From the NCBI GenBank assembly GCA_032718475.1, contig JAUCBJ010004944.1:1-36838 (forward strand): a stretch of 36,838 nt of DNA, read 5' to 3'. Shown here in pieces: positions 12,586 to 25,275 of this stretch (the first letter of the stretch is position 1; each line of letters begins with the position of its first letter). Below the pieces are notes generated by a model. It was not told the DNA's origin and ran no database searches. It saw only the letters and a program-made list of their open reading frames with translations. The DNA comes from Nemertoderma westbladi (lineage: Eukaryota; Animalia; Xenacoelomorpha). The position numbers were made by a program, and so were the translations under genes.

Positions 12586-13388
12586 GATTTTCCCTATGAG
12601 AGGGATCATTTTGATTTCGTCGAAAGTCCCCCTATCTGAAACAGAGATAGTAGGGATGGGAGGGGGGGGGGGGGGGATTCCTCCCACAGAAAATGATATT
12701 TTTTGTTTATAAATAGAACGTCAAAATGATTTTCAGAAATTTTGGTGTTGGGTTAAATAGCTGGAATGTACTATTTTTTTTATTGGTGATAAAAAGATTC
12801 ATGGTGTGTACATTTTATTTATTTTTTTTAATTATAAATCACTGATCGGTACTGCGGATATAATAACTGCTCTAACAGATCTCGTCCTCCGCCAACTGTG
12901 AACTTTAATTAACCTGCCTGACATTTCATTATAGCTATGAGTCAAAAACGTTAATGTGATAGTGGCGAAATTCTTTACAATCGCATCGTTGTATGCCTCC
13001 TTGGTTAGCGTGCGTCAGTACACGATATTCTTCAAAAACCCTCAAAGGAAAAACACTACTACTACTACTACGGCATGATGCATTGCAGCTGCATTACATA
13101 TATATATTAAGAATGCTGTGCCGGCTTGTCGATAAAAATTATCCCTATCACCCATCACATTTGATAGATCATCCGCATCTTCAAGGCCAGTGTCCTTTAA
13201 GATGCGTCTCAAGAAAGTTATGGACTGTCCAACATGCTTATCCGCTCCATGAGGCCGCCAAAAATTATTAAGATTGAAAAGATTATGCACTGGCTGGTCT
13301 CACGGCGAAAGCAACGTCCTACAAACGGAGGTGGTTCCGTTCAGGTGTCGAGCTAGGGAGATTAATGGAACACCTCCAATGTTGTATA

Positions 13389-15360
13389 CTGCCGTCCTAA
13401 GGCAAAACCATGTTACTCAAAAAATCCCGTTTTGAGAAAAATCAATCCAAAGTTAACGGATCTGTACGGAAGCATGTGAATGTCTGTGTGAATATATATA
13501 TTTCTGAAGGATAGTTAAATAGTATATTCAGATACCTAGAAAGTCATAGTGCTTCAAACCGAAGCTAGCAATTTAAAAAATATATTGGACTTAAATTTTT
13601 CGAGTTACATGCTTTTTCCTTATCAATTTCCACCCAGTGTGCTAAGGCAAACAAATGTAACTAATGATTTTTATTTTACTTTTGGCATAGTTTATTTTAT
13701 TTTGGATGAAATAACATTGACAGACCTATATGAGTGACTAAATTGAATATCTCAAGAAAACATAATGATGGTGAATAGTGATACCAACTAGCTTTAACAT
13801 GGACACAAAATTACAAAGAATATGGACTGGACATATAAGTTTACATAATATGAAATGTTTAAAGTTTTAATAATACATCAGTTTTCTTATGGGTTCTTCG
13901 AATCTAGGTATTAAAGTCAGCTGACATGTCATTTTCACTTAGTTCATTCCAGAAACAATGGCGGTTGACTGGCATTAGTGGGAGGAGTTTGGAAATGATA
14001 TCTGCTTTCTTTGTGGAAGTTCCACCTCTTGGGTGGGTCTTTCCTCCAGGTATCACCAACTGAAAGTTTTTCTTTAACACATTCACTTCAATAAAATCCT
14101 GCTTAGTATGCTTCTCCTTGTAAAATAGTTTCCTTGCGCCGCGCTTGAACCTTGCTACTGCAATCGAGATACAGTATGGTCGGTGAACTAGTTTTTCAAG
14201 CGCATATCTAGAAACACAGAAGATCCCACTGTGTGTAGAATCCGCTGACATAAATGTATGTCATGGTTCTAAATATTTGACAGTGATAGTCTCGACAGCT
14301 AATTTCGAGCAATTAACCGCGATGATAAACATGGTATACAATGTCCAATTCTTATTCTGTGATGTGCAGTTGTCAAGCCAAAGCACAAAATGCTTACTAT
14401 CACAGTGTGATAGGAAAAACTGCCAAAAAGTACTCGCCACATCCTCTGCATTGCGCCAGAGACACCCTCGTGTCACAAAACTGTTTTAGTTAAATTCTAG
14501 ATTCTTAGTGTTAGAACCCAGGGGACTAAATGTTTCATTGAATGCTATAAAGCGTTTGGTAAATAATGCTGTCTTAAAGGCCGGAATTCTGGGCAACATA
14601 ACGACTTTCTGCATGTCATCAGAAACAACAATATCATCATTAGTCGATTCTGTATCTGCTCTGTAAGCCTCGCCTCCCGAGCATCACTTACTTTGATTAA
14701 GTGATCCACATGACCTTTACATTTATCACATGTCTCTGTTGAATGGCTCTCTTTCATATGTAGAGTATAGATTTGGCAGGATTCATACTCCTCATTTCCA
14801 AGCGCTACAAAGCTAATGTGTTGAATATCAATAACTTGACGATATCGTTCATATGATATAGGTGCTATTGGAGTACAGTAGTCTATGTGCATTTCCGTTA
14901 TGTTGATGTCAGAAGGTAAATAAATATCTTACATTTAGTGCATTCGCTCGGCGGTAGTGAGGTACTACTGGATGATAGCCTTCAATGTGAGCTATAATTG
15001 GTGTATCATCTATCTTATTCGAGGGAGTGTGCCTACCACGTTGATCAAAGCAAGGAATTCTAGAAACCGTTGAAATGGAACCCATTGTGTTCATTATAAA
15101 ATTGTTGTACTTGAAACCTAAGGTTGACAAGAAAAACCTTTTATAAACAACACGATTAAGGATTCTGTAAATGAAAGTTGACGTACTTCTACTTTTGTTT
15201 TTTAATGTGAGATTAGGACTAATAGTCGTCGACTTTACAACACCCCCGTTTCGAAACCCAAAGTCTCTCCTCCTTATTTGACAGTTTCCAAAATCCACTA
15301 TTGACCAATATCTCAATTTCGTCAAAATTCGAGTTACATGGTTTTGCTTTAGAACGGCAG
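13389..15360 (-). mobile_element. Cut-and-paste DNA transposon, Sola-like, with disrupted transposase
   Basis: 30 bp TIRs ctgccgtcctaaggcaaaaccatgttactc (13389-13418) and gagttacatggttttgctttagaacggcag (15331-15360), 3 mismatches. 4 bp TSD TATA proven by the empty site in other LINE copies. Transposase fragments DQRGRH, HYRR, WLDNCTSQNKNW, KYLEP*HTFMSADSTH. Superfamily call is from memory. Confidence 0.85.
13904..15250 (-). pseudogene. Degraded DDD/E transposase ORF
   Basis: ORF pieces 14909-15433, 14545-14892, 14261-14476 and 13904-14251 are collinear parts of one protein, with an in-frame TGA at 14261-14263 and frameshifts. Confidence 0.8.
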
Positions 15361-16310
15361 TATAGTGTTTGATTGGGATGTGTTCATTGTACTTGACACA
15401 GTGAACCCTGCGCAGGATAAACACAGAATTCAAAGAATTCCTGCAGCACTTTCAAAATAGTTGTACTGAATTAGTGAAGAAGAAAGACACATAAAGACTC
15501 CTCGAGATAGCGGTCCAGACGTTCTCTTTGGGAGAGTATCGGAGGTGTGTTTCATGTTGATTGTCTTACCCCAAAATACTACAGTGTCATCGGTTTCATA
15601 TAGGGGGCAAAACGCATTCAAAACGCATTCCAAATTCATCCCACTCCAGTGGCAAATTAACGCAAACAACAACTGATTATTACTCCCAAAATAAACTGTA
15701 TACTGTTCGTTCATTGTTTTGGTAGAAATAACATGCAAATGTGACATGCTCCATTTCCTTGATTGATCATTTAACATTGAGGCGAAAAAATCTATTATTC
15801 AAAATAGTATTTGCGTCAAGTTAATATGATAATAAGTTCATATGGATCAGCACTCTTAAATTCTGCGGGACACAGTAATATAAGTATTTGTAATATGATG
15901 GTATATATAGAGATGAATTTATGGCGATGTTTCGATACTTAACACACCAATTTATTGAAATCATAAAAACTTAACGTATACGATATAGACCAAAATTTGT
16001 ATTTAATTGCTACCGGTATGTTTGTAAATCTTGCAATATTTGTGACAGTTCGTTTTTGTTGGAGTCTTTTCTAAGCCACGTTTTAAATAAATATTTACAG
16101 AAAAATACCCAGCCCATAACAAAAAAAATGTGTAGACCTCAAATTCTCACAACTGTTTAGGTTTATGACTCTAAGGGGCGTGAATTAACAGTATCATAAC
16201 AGTCAATAAATTATATGCAATATCAACCAATAGTTACAACAAAATATAGTAGATTTTCATGTAATAATAATAAATTTGCAAATCATTCTAGAATTGTAGA
16301 GTCATCACTA

Positions 16311-19046
16311 CTAGTATCTTCTTCTATGAGAATCCTCACTATCTGAATAGCTGTCATCATCGCTGGTAGAAGTAAATGAATCCTCACTGCTATCAGAGGT
16401 ATACGAAGTGGTTGTGTTACTACGACTGTCTGAAGAATGAACCCTGATTTGCGATCGGCCATCCCCTGAAGGAAATATGGTTTTGGGGTCGTTTTCTAAT
16501 TGGCTGACATCCCCAATGATATCACTGACATCCCCTCCCTTCGCAACTGCAGCACTAATCTTGCTCAATGCCTCCGCTGTTTTATCGTTTCCGTGAGCTT
16601 TGGCTACTTTCAAAGCCGTATGAGAATAATTATCCTTGGCTTCCATGTTGCATCCATATCGTATCAACCACAAACAAGCATCTGTATGGCCCGCCATTGC
16701 TGCCATGTGTAATGGCGTCAAACCTTGCTTCGTTTGATGATTAATGTTGCTGCCAAGTACGAGAAGCTCCTTCATTGCAGGGACATGACCCCCTAGAGCA
16801 GCGCGATGTAGTGGTATGTATCCAGTGTTACCCTCGGTGATACTAGCAGGAATCCCGGCCCCATGTAAAATATCAACCATCTTAACATCACCTGCCTCAG
16901 CGGCAATATGCAGAGGAGATAAGCCACGATGATCTACATTTTTCAGGGTTTCTGGATGATTATTAATTATATAATCTACAGCCTCGTAATCAGCTAACCG
17001 ACATGCCACTTGTATAGGCGATTCTTCCGCGATTGTAACAGGTGTGATGTCTGCAGAAATTGTCTTTTTAGCAGAAGTTGTTAAAACAGATTCTTGTCGT
17101 TGAGGAGTCACAAATGAAGTTTGCCTTTGTGTTGTTGTAGTGGAAATTAAAGTTTGCCCTTCTGTCGTTGCAGTGTCAGGGAATGGTGTTGCTATGGCAC
17201 TTACAGTGTCACTGGAAATGGTACTTTCTTGTGCTTTACGATCACCTTTTGCGCTCATTGGCCTATCGCTGCGATACACATGATGTTGGACATCGAAACC
17301 TGAACTATGCGATCTGTCATCATCAATAATTATATCTCGCAATTCGTCTTCCTCATCAATCACCACCTCTTGTTTCATAATATTTTTTGTCACTTCGGTT
17401 TCAATTTCTGGTCGCTCCTCTACAGCCAACTGCTTGCGGATGATGGTGGACAGATCGAATTCATCAACAGAATCACCACGTGATATTGAGGGTCTTGCCT
17501 GAGGGAACATTTCCCTTCGACGCAATGACAATTGCTTCCGGACAGCACTGGAGCTGCTGCTCTTATCTGGAACAGGTTCACTTGATGAACTACTAGAAGA
17601 CGATGAATAAGATGATTCTTCTTCGCTCTCGCTTTCCGATTCTTCCTCTTGTTCCTCCTCTTCCATAACAGCAGCTGGAGCTTCATCAACAACCCCTTCT
17701 GGCTCTGCAGATCGTGTAGGTGAAGGTGTTACTCTCGATTCAACGACTACAACAGTAGGCATAGCCTTCCTTTCAGACTCATCTTCGCTCGAAGAAATGC
17801 CAGTGACTGATCTTGCTGAAGACAACATTAATAATCTTAGTATTTTTCTGTCGCTTTTATTTTTTGAAAACCAGTTAAAACATGGGAAAGTATAAAGTGT
17901 ATATGGAGTAACCATTTTTACAATTTCTACCTTTTCTAGGTACCAGTCTTTATTTGATTTGGTATCTTTAAATCCAATCTCCACCGTTTTCAGCTCACCA
18001 AGGTCTGCTACAACTACACCGAATTTATCTTTATGGTTGGGTTGACATTTTATTTTGTGGTTTAACGATTTTTCCAGCGCGTTCCACGAAGTTTGCCCAT
18101 ATGTACCGGCTATTCTCAAATCAATATTTACTTCGCTAAGGTTTGTTGAAGTGTGGCCAGTGTATAAATATATTTTGTAAGGGATATCAACTCTTGAAGG
18201 CCATTCCATTACCTGGGTTTGTGCGTAAACATCTTTGGTATTTCTTTCTATAGGTATGATCTCGTGAATTCGTCGTGGTTGGTCAACTTCATCGGAAGGC
18301 ATCTCTTCCAATGATTCCCTCTTCTTGCGTTTTTTGTATGTTGTTCGAACTCTCAATTTAGGTTTCTTTTTCTTTTCTCGTTTTGGATATTTTGTAATGT
18401 ACGAAGGTGGACATCTGTATACACTGTGTGGTCGGATGTGTTCATTGACCTGAGAAGTTGTATACTCTGTAGCAACTAGAAGCTTACTGGCTGTATTAAC
18501 TAGTCGATGTGCCTCAACTGACCGGATTCCAACAGGGGTCACTGACCGCAAAGTCCGTAATCCAGTACCAAAGGCTATCTGTTTCTCTGGCATACGTTTA
18601 AGGAAATCATATGCATCTTTACGAGAACGGTTTGATCCGAAATCGTCATCAGTTGTATGAAGGAATTTAGAATTAGCCATGTGATGTTCCACATTCCTAA
18701 CAATATTTTGGTCTTCTTTCGTTTTAGGGTACTTTTTGCCGTTTGGTATTCTCATGTAAGTAATTTGTTCACGAATTTTAGGTTCCCAAAACAGATGTTT
18801 GAGAGATCGATCGCGTATGGATTCTTCTTCACGAATCACTCTGGTTGGCTTTATTTTAGGGTAAATCCGACGCGGTAACTCTGGGCCCGAAAGATCGAAA
18901 CCTTGCTCGAGTCGTTCTACTTCCAGATAATACTTCAGCTGGTGAGCTACTGATTTCGTTAGCAGCTTTTTGTCGCTTCCGCTAGACGCGGACAGTGGAC
19001 GCAGCATGCCCTCTCTCGATGGCTCCCTGCGGTTTATGTCAACCAT
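16311..19046 (-). CDS. Gene B: 911 aa protein with PLAT/LH2 domain, acidic/Ser-rich linker and C-terminal ankyrin repeats
   Basis: Uninterrupted ATG-TAG ORF. PLAT pattern YKIYLYTG...DLGELKTVEIG...WYLEKVEIV...FPCFNWF. Ankyrin repeats GLSPLHIAAEAG, GYIPLHRAALGGH, GLTPLHMAAMAGH, HTALKVA. Confidence 0.92.
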   Translation of the reverse strand: MVDINRREPSREGMLRPLSASSGSDKKLLTKSVAHQLKYYLEVERLEQGFDLSGPELPRRIYPKIKPTRVIREEESIRDRSLKHLFWEPKIREQITYMRIPNGKKYPKTKEDQNIVRNVEHHMANSKFLHTTDDDFGSNRSRKDAYDFLKRMPEKQIAFGTGLRTLRSVTPVGIRSVEAHRLVNTASKLLVATEYTTSQVNEHIRPHSVYRCPPSYITKYPKREKKKKPKLRVRTTYKKRKKRESLEEMPSDEVDQPRRIHEIIPIERNTKDVYAQTQVMEWPSRVDIPYKIYLYTGHTSTNLSEVNIDLRIAGTYGQTSWNALEKSLNHKIKCQPNHKDKFGVVVADLGELKTVEIGFKDTKSNKDWYLEKVEIVKMVTPYTLYTFPCFNWFSKNKSDRKILRLLMLSSARSVTGISSSEDESERKAMPTVVVVESRVTPSPTRSAEPEGVVDEAPAAVMEEEEQEEESESESEEESSYSSSSSSSSSEPVPDKSSSSSAVRKQLSLRRREMFPQARPSISRGDSVDEFDLSTIIRKQLAVEERPEIETEVTKNIMKQEVVIDEEDELRDIIIDDDRSHSSGFDVQHHVYRSDRPMSAKGDRKAQESTISSDTVSAIATPFPDTATTEGQTLISTTTTQRQTSFVTPQRQESVLTTSAKKTISADITPVTIAEESPIQVACRLADYEAVDYIINNHPETLKNVDHRGLSPLHIAAEAGDVKMVDILHGAGIPASITEGNTGYIPLHRAALGGHVPAMKELLVLGSNINHQTKQGLTPLHMAAMAGHTDACLWLIRYGCNMEAKDNYSHTALKVAKAHGNDKTAEALSKISAAVAKGGDVSDIIGDVSQLENDPKTIFPSGDGRSQIRVHSSDSRSNTTTSYTSDSSEDSFTSTSDDDSYSDSEDSHRRRY

Positions 19047-19171
19047 TTTGAAAAAGAATCTGCGAAAACTAACTGTAAAATATTTAATTAAGAAATTTAT
19101 TTCTAAATCAAAACTAAACTATAAATTTTATTTCTATTCTGTAGGGATGTCGCATAATGTATTCTTATAAT

Positions 19172-19185
19172 GATAGCTTAGCAAC
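19172..19185. promoter_or_regulatory. X-box-like (RFX) motif upstream of gene B
   Basis: GATAGCTTAGCAAC: one strong half-site (TAGCAAC) and one degenerate half, about 130 bp upstream of the ATG. Confidence 0.35.
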
Positions 19186-19441
19186 CGAATACACAATACA
19201 TATAAAACTTTGGCGATATACAATGTGTCAGCCCAGCCTAATAGATTTAATCAATATCTACACTGCACTGTGTACGATGGGTGAATGAATCCAAGGCAAG
19301 CCAATAATAACGCTCTAGCAAATTCTGTTATACTCAGGTTAGATAACTACTGTATGTATAAAACTTAACATTAAAGTAGTAATTCTTTTTAGTTTTTAAT
19401 AAAGTTCTGCAAATGTTCAACAAAATAATTGAATAGAACAT

Positions 19442-22400
19442 CATTTACATTTACACTTACACTTACACTTAATCTACACTTACATTTACATTTACACTTA
19501 CACTTACTCTACACTTACATTTACATTTACACTTACACTTACTCTACACTTACATTTACACTTACACTTACACTTACACTTACACTTACACTTACACTTA
19601 CACTTACACTTACACTTACACTTACACTTACACTTACACTTACACTTACACTTACACTTACACTTACACTTACACTTACACTTACACTTACACTTACACT
19701 TACACTTACACTTACACTTACACTTACACTTACACTTACACTTACTCTACACTTACATTTACCCTTACACTTACTCTACACTTACATTTACATTTACACT
19801 TACACTTACTCTACACTTACTCTACACTTACATTTACATTTACATTTACATTTACACTTACACTTACACTTACACTTACACTTACACTTACACTTACACT
19901 TACACTTACACTTACACTTACACTTACACTTACACTTACACTTACACTTACACTTACACTTACACTTACACTTACACTTACACTTACACTTACACTTACA
20001 CTTACACTTACACTTACACTTACACTTACACTTACACTTACACTTACACTTACACTTACACTTACACTTACACTTACACTTACACTTACACTTACACTTA
20101 CACTTACACTTACACTTACACTTACACTTACACTTACACTTACACTTACACTTACACTTACACTTACACTTACACTTACACTTACACTTACACTTACACT
20201 TACACTTACACTTACACTTACACTTACACTTACACTTACACTTACACTTACACTTACACTTACACTTACACTTACACTTACACTTACACTTACACTTACA
20301 CTTACACTTACACTTACACTTACACTTACACTTACACTTACACTTACACTTACACTTACACTTACACTTACACTTACACTTACACTTACACTTACACTTA
20401 CACTTACACTTACACTTACACTTACACTTACACTTACACTTACACTTACACTTACACTTACACTTACACTTACACTTACACTTACACTTACACTTACACT
20501 TACACTTACACTTACACTTACACTTACACTTACACTTACACTTACACTTACACTTACACTTACACTTACACTTACACTTACACTTACACTTACACTTACA
20601 CTTACACTTACACTTACACTTACACTTACACTTACACTTACACTTACACTTACACTTACACTTACACTTACACTTACACTTACACTTACTCTACACTTAC
20701 ATTTACACTTACACTTACTCTACACTTACACTTTCTACACTTACACTGACATTTACACTTACACTTACTCTACACTTACATTTACATTTACACTTACACT
20801 TACTCTACACTTACTCTACACTTACATTTACATTTACATTTACACTTACACTTACACTTACACTTACACTTACACTTACACTTACACTTACACTTACACT
20901 TACACTTACACTTACACTTACACTTACACTTACACTTACACTTACACTTACACTTACACTTACACTTACACTTACACTTACACTTACACTTACACTTACA
21001 CTTACACTTACACTTACACTTACACTTACACTTACTCTACACTTACTCTACACTTACATTTACATTTACACTTACACTTACACTTACACTTACACTTACA
21101 CTTACACTTACACTTACACTTACACTTACACTTACACTTACACTTACACTTACACTTACACTTACACTTACACTTACACTTACACTTACACTTACACTTA
21201 CACTTACACTTACACTTACACTTACACTTACACTTACACTTACACTTACACTTACACTTACACTTACACTTACACTTACACTTACACTTACACTTACACT
21301 TACACTTACACTTACACTTACACTTACACTTACACTTACACTTACACTTACACTTACACTTACACTTACACTTACACTTACACTTACACTTACACTTACA
21401 CTTACACTTACACTTACACTTACACTTACACTTACACTTACACTTACACTTACACTTACACTTACACTTACACTTACACTTACACTTACACTTACACTTA
21501 CACTTACACTTACACTTACACTTACACTTACACTTACACTTACACTTACACTTACACTTACACTTACACTTACACTTACACTTACACTTACACTTACACT
21601 TACACTTACACTTACACTTACACTTACACTTACACTTACACTTACACTTACACTTACACTTACACTTACACTTACACTTACACTTACACTTACACTTACA
21701 CTTACACTTACACTTACACTTACACTTACACTTACACTTACACTTACACTTACACTTACACTTACACTTACACTTACACTTACACTTACACTTACACTTA
21801 CACTTACACTTACACTTACACTTACACTTACACTTACTCTACACTTACATTTACCCTTACACTTACTCTACACTTACATTTACATTTACACTTACACTTA
21901 CTCTACACTTACTCTACACTTACATTTACATTTACACTTACACTTACACTTACACTTACACTTACACTTACACTTACACTTACACTTACACTTACACTTA
22001 CACTTACACTTACACTTACACTTACACTTACACTTACACTTACACTTACACTTACACTTACACTTACACTTACACTTACACTTACACTTACACTTACACT
22101 TACACTTACACTTACACTTACACTTACACTTACACTTACACTTACACTTACACTTACACTTACACTTACACTTACACTTACACTTACACTTACACTTACA
22201 CTTACACTTACACTTACACTTACACTTACACTTACACTTACATTTACACTTACACTTACTCTACACTTACACTTACACTTACACTTACACTTACACTTAC
22301 ACTTACACTTACACTTACACTTACACTTACACTTACTCTACACTTACATTTACCCTTACACTTACTCTACACTTACATTTACATTTACAGTTACACTTAC

Positions 22401-25275
22401 TCTACACTTACTCTACACTTACATTTACATTTACATTTACATTTACACTTACACTTACACTTACACTTACACTTACACTTACACTTACACTTACACTTAC
22501 ACTTACACTTACACTTACACTTACACTTACACTTACACTTACACTTACACTTACACTTACACTTACACTTACACTTACACTTACACTTACACTTACACTT
22601 ACACTTACACTTACACTTACACTTACACTTACACTTACACTTACACTTACACTTACACTTACACTTACACTTACACTTACACTTACACTTACACTTACAC
22701 TTACACTTACACTTACACTTACACTTACACTTACACTTACACTTACACTTACACTTACACTTACACTTACACTTACACTTACACTTACACTTACACTTAC
22801 ACTTACACTTACACTTACACTTACACTTACACTTACACTTACACTTACACTTACACTTACACTTACACTTACACTTACACTTACACTTACACTTACACTT
22901 ACACTTACACTTACACTTACTCTACACTTACATTTACATTTACACTTACACTTACACTTACACTTACACTTACACTTACACTTACACTTACACTTACACT
23001 TACACTTACACTTACACTTACACTTACACTTACACTTACACTTACACTTACACTTACACTTACACTTACACTTACACTTACACTTACACTTACACTTACA
23101 CTTACACTTACACTTACACTTACACTTACACTTACACTTACACTTACACTTACACTTACACTTACACTTACACTTACACTTACACTTACACTTACACTTA
23201 CACTTACACTTACACTTACACTTACACTTACACTTACACTTACACTTACACTTACACTTACACTTACACTTACACTTACACTTACACTTACACTTACACT
23301 TACACTTACACTTACACTTACACTTACACTTACACTTACACTTACACTTACACTTACACTTACACTTACACTTACACTTACACTTACACTTACACTTACA
23401 CTTACACTTACACTTACTCTACACTTACATTTACACTTACACTTACACTTACACTTACACTTACACTTACTCTACACTTACATTTACCCTTACACTTACT
23501 CTACACTTACATTTACATTTACACTTACACTTACTCTACACTTACTCTACACTTACATTTACATTTACACTTACACTTACACTTACACTTACACTTACAC
23601 TTACACTTACACTTACACTTACACGTACACTTACACTTACACTTACACTTACACTTACACTTACACTTACACTTACACTTACACTTACACTTACACTTAC
23701 ACTTACACTTACACTTACACTTACACTTACACTTACACTTACACTTACACTTACACTTACTCTACACTTACATTTACATTTACACTTACACTTACACTTA
23801 CACTTACACTTACACTTACACTTACACTTACACTTACACTTACACTTACACTTACACTTACACTTACACTTACACTTACACTTACACTTACACTTACACT
23901 TACACTTACACTTACACTTACACTTACACTTACACTTACACTTACACTTACACTTACACTTACACTTACACTTACACTTACACTTACACTTACACTTACA
24001 CTTACACTTACACTTACACTTACACTTACACTTACACTTACACTTACACTTACACTTACACTTACACTTACACTTACACTTACACTTACACTTACACTTA
24101 CACTTACACTTACACTTACACTTACACTTACACTTACACTTACACTTACACTTACTCTACACTTACTCTACACTTACATTTACATTTACACTTACACTTA
24201 CACTTACACTTACACTTACACTTACACTTACACTTACACTTACACTTACACTTACACTTACACTTACACTTACACTTACACTTACACTTACACTTACACT
24301 TACACTTACACTTACACTTACACTTACACTTACACTTACACTTACACTTACACTTACACTTACACTTACACTTACACTTACACTTACACTTACACTTACA
24401 CTTACACTTACACTTACACTTACACTTACACTTACACTTACACTTACACTTACACTTACACTTACACTTACACTTACACTTACACTTACACTTACACTTA
24501 CACTTACACTTACACTTACACTTACACTTACACTTACACTTACACTTACACTTACACTTACACTTACACTTACACTTACACTTACACTTACACTTACACT
24601 TACACTTACACTTACACTTACACTTACACTTACACTTACACTTACACTTACTCTACACTTACATTTACACTTACACTTACTCTACACTTACACTTTCTAC
24701 ACTTACACTGACATTTACACTTACACTTACTCTACACTTACATTAACACTTACACTTACTCTACACTTACACTTACATTTACACTTACACTTACATTTAC
24801 ACTTACACTTACTCTACACTTACATTTACACTTACACTTACACTTACTCTACACTTACATTTACATTTACACTTACACTTACACTTACACCTACACTTAC
24901 TCTACACTTACATTTACACTTACACTTACACTTACATTTACACTTACACTTACATTTACACTTACACTTACACTTACTCTACACTTACATTTACATTTAC
25001 ACTTACACTTACACTTACACCTACACTTACTCTACACTTACATTTACACTTACACTTACATTTACATTTACACTTACACTTACACTTACTCTACACTTAC
25101 ATTTACACTTACACTTACACTTACTCTACACTTACACTTACATTTACACTTACACTTACTCTACACTTACATTTACACTTACACTTACTCTATACTTACA
25201 CCTACATTTTCACTTACACTTACTCTACACTTATATTTATACTTACACTTACTCTACACTTACATTTACACTTAC
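19442..25275. repeat. About 5.8 kb (CACTTA)n / (TAAGTG)n simple satellite with CATTTA, CTCTA and CCCTTA variants
   Basis: Roughly 950-970 hexamer units seen directly; long pure runs are separated by recurring variant cassettes. Confidence 0.99.

Larger units (their letters stand above)
13057..15418 (-). mobile_element. RTE-group LINE family A copy 3, split into 13057-13388 and 15361-15418 by a DNA transposon
   Basis: TFLRRILKDTGLEDADDL and (TAG)n tail at the left. LINE sequence stops at cacctccaatgttgtata and resumes at tatagtgtttgattgg...cttgacacagtgaaccc (RRVHCVKYN). Possible TSD aaacac at 13051-13056 and 15419-15424. Confidence 0.9.

Noticed and set aside
15430-15777. 115 aa minus-strand ORF
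   Set aside because: No recognisable domain or convincing splice context.
19429-24711. 1760 aa ORF of HL/TL/YT dipeptide runs
   Set aside because: CACTTA has no stop codon in any plus-strand frame, the start is TTG, and there is no non-repeat coding content. Artefact of the satellite.
19442-25275. Telomere or interstitial telomeric repeat
   Set aside because: TAAGTG is not TTAGGG, TTAGG or TTAGGC, has no GG run, and is flanked by genes on both sides. Cannot be fully excluded without checking chromosome ends.
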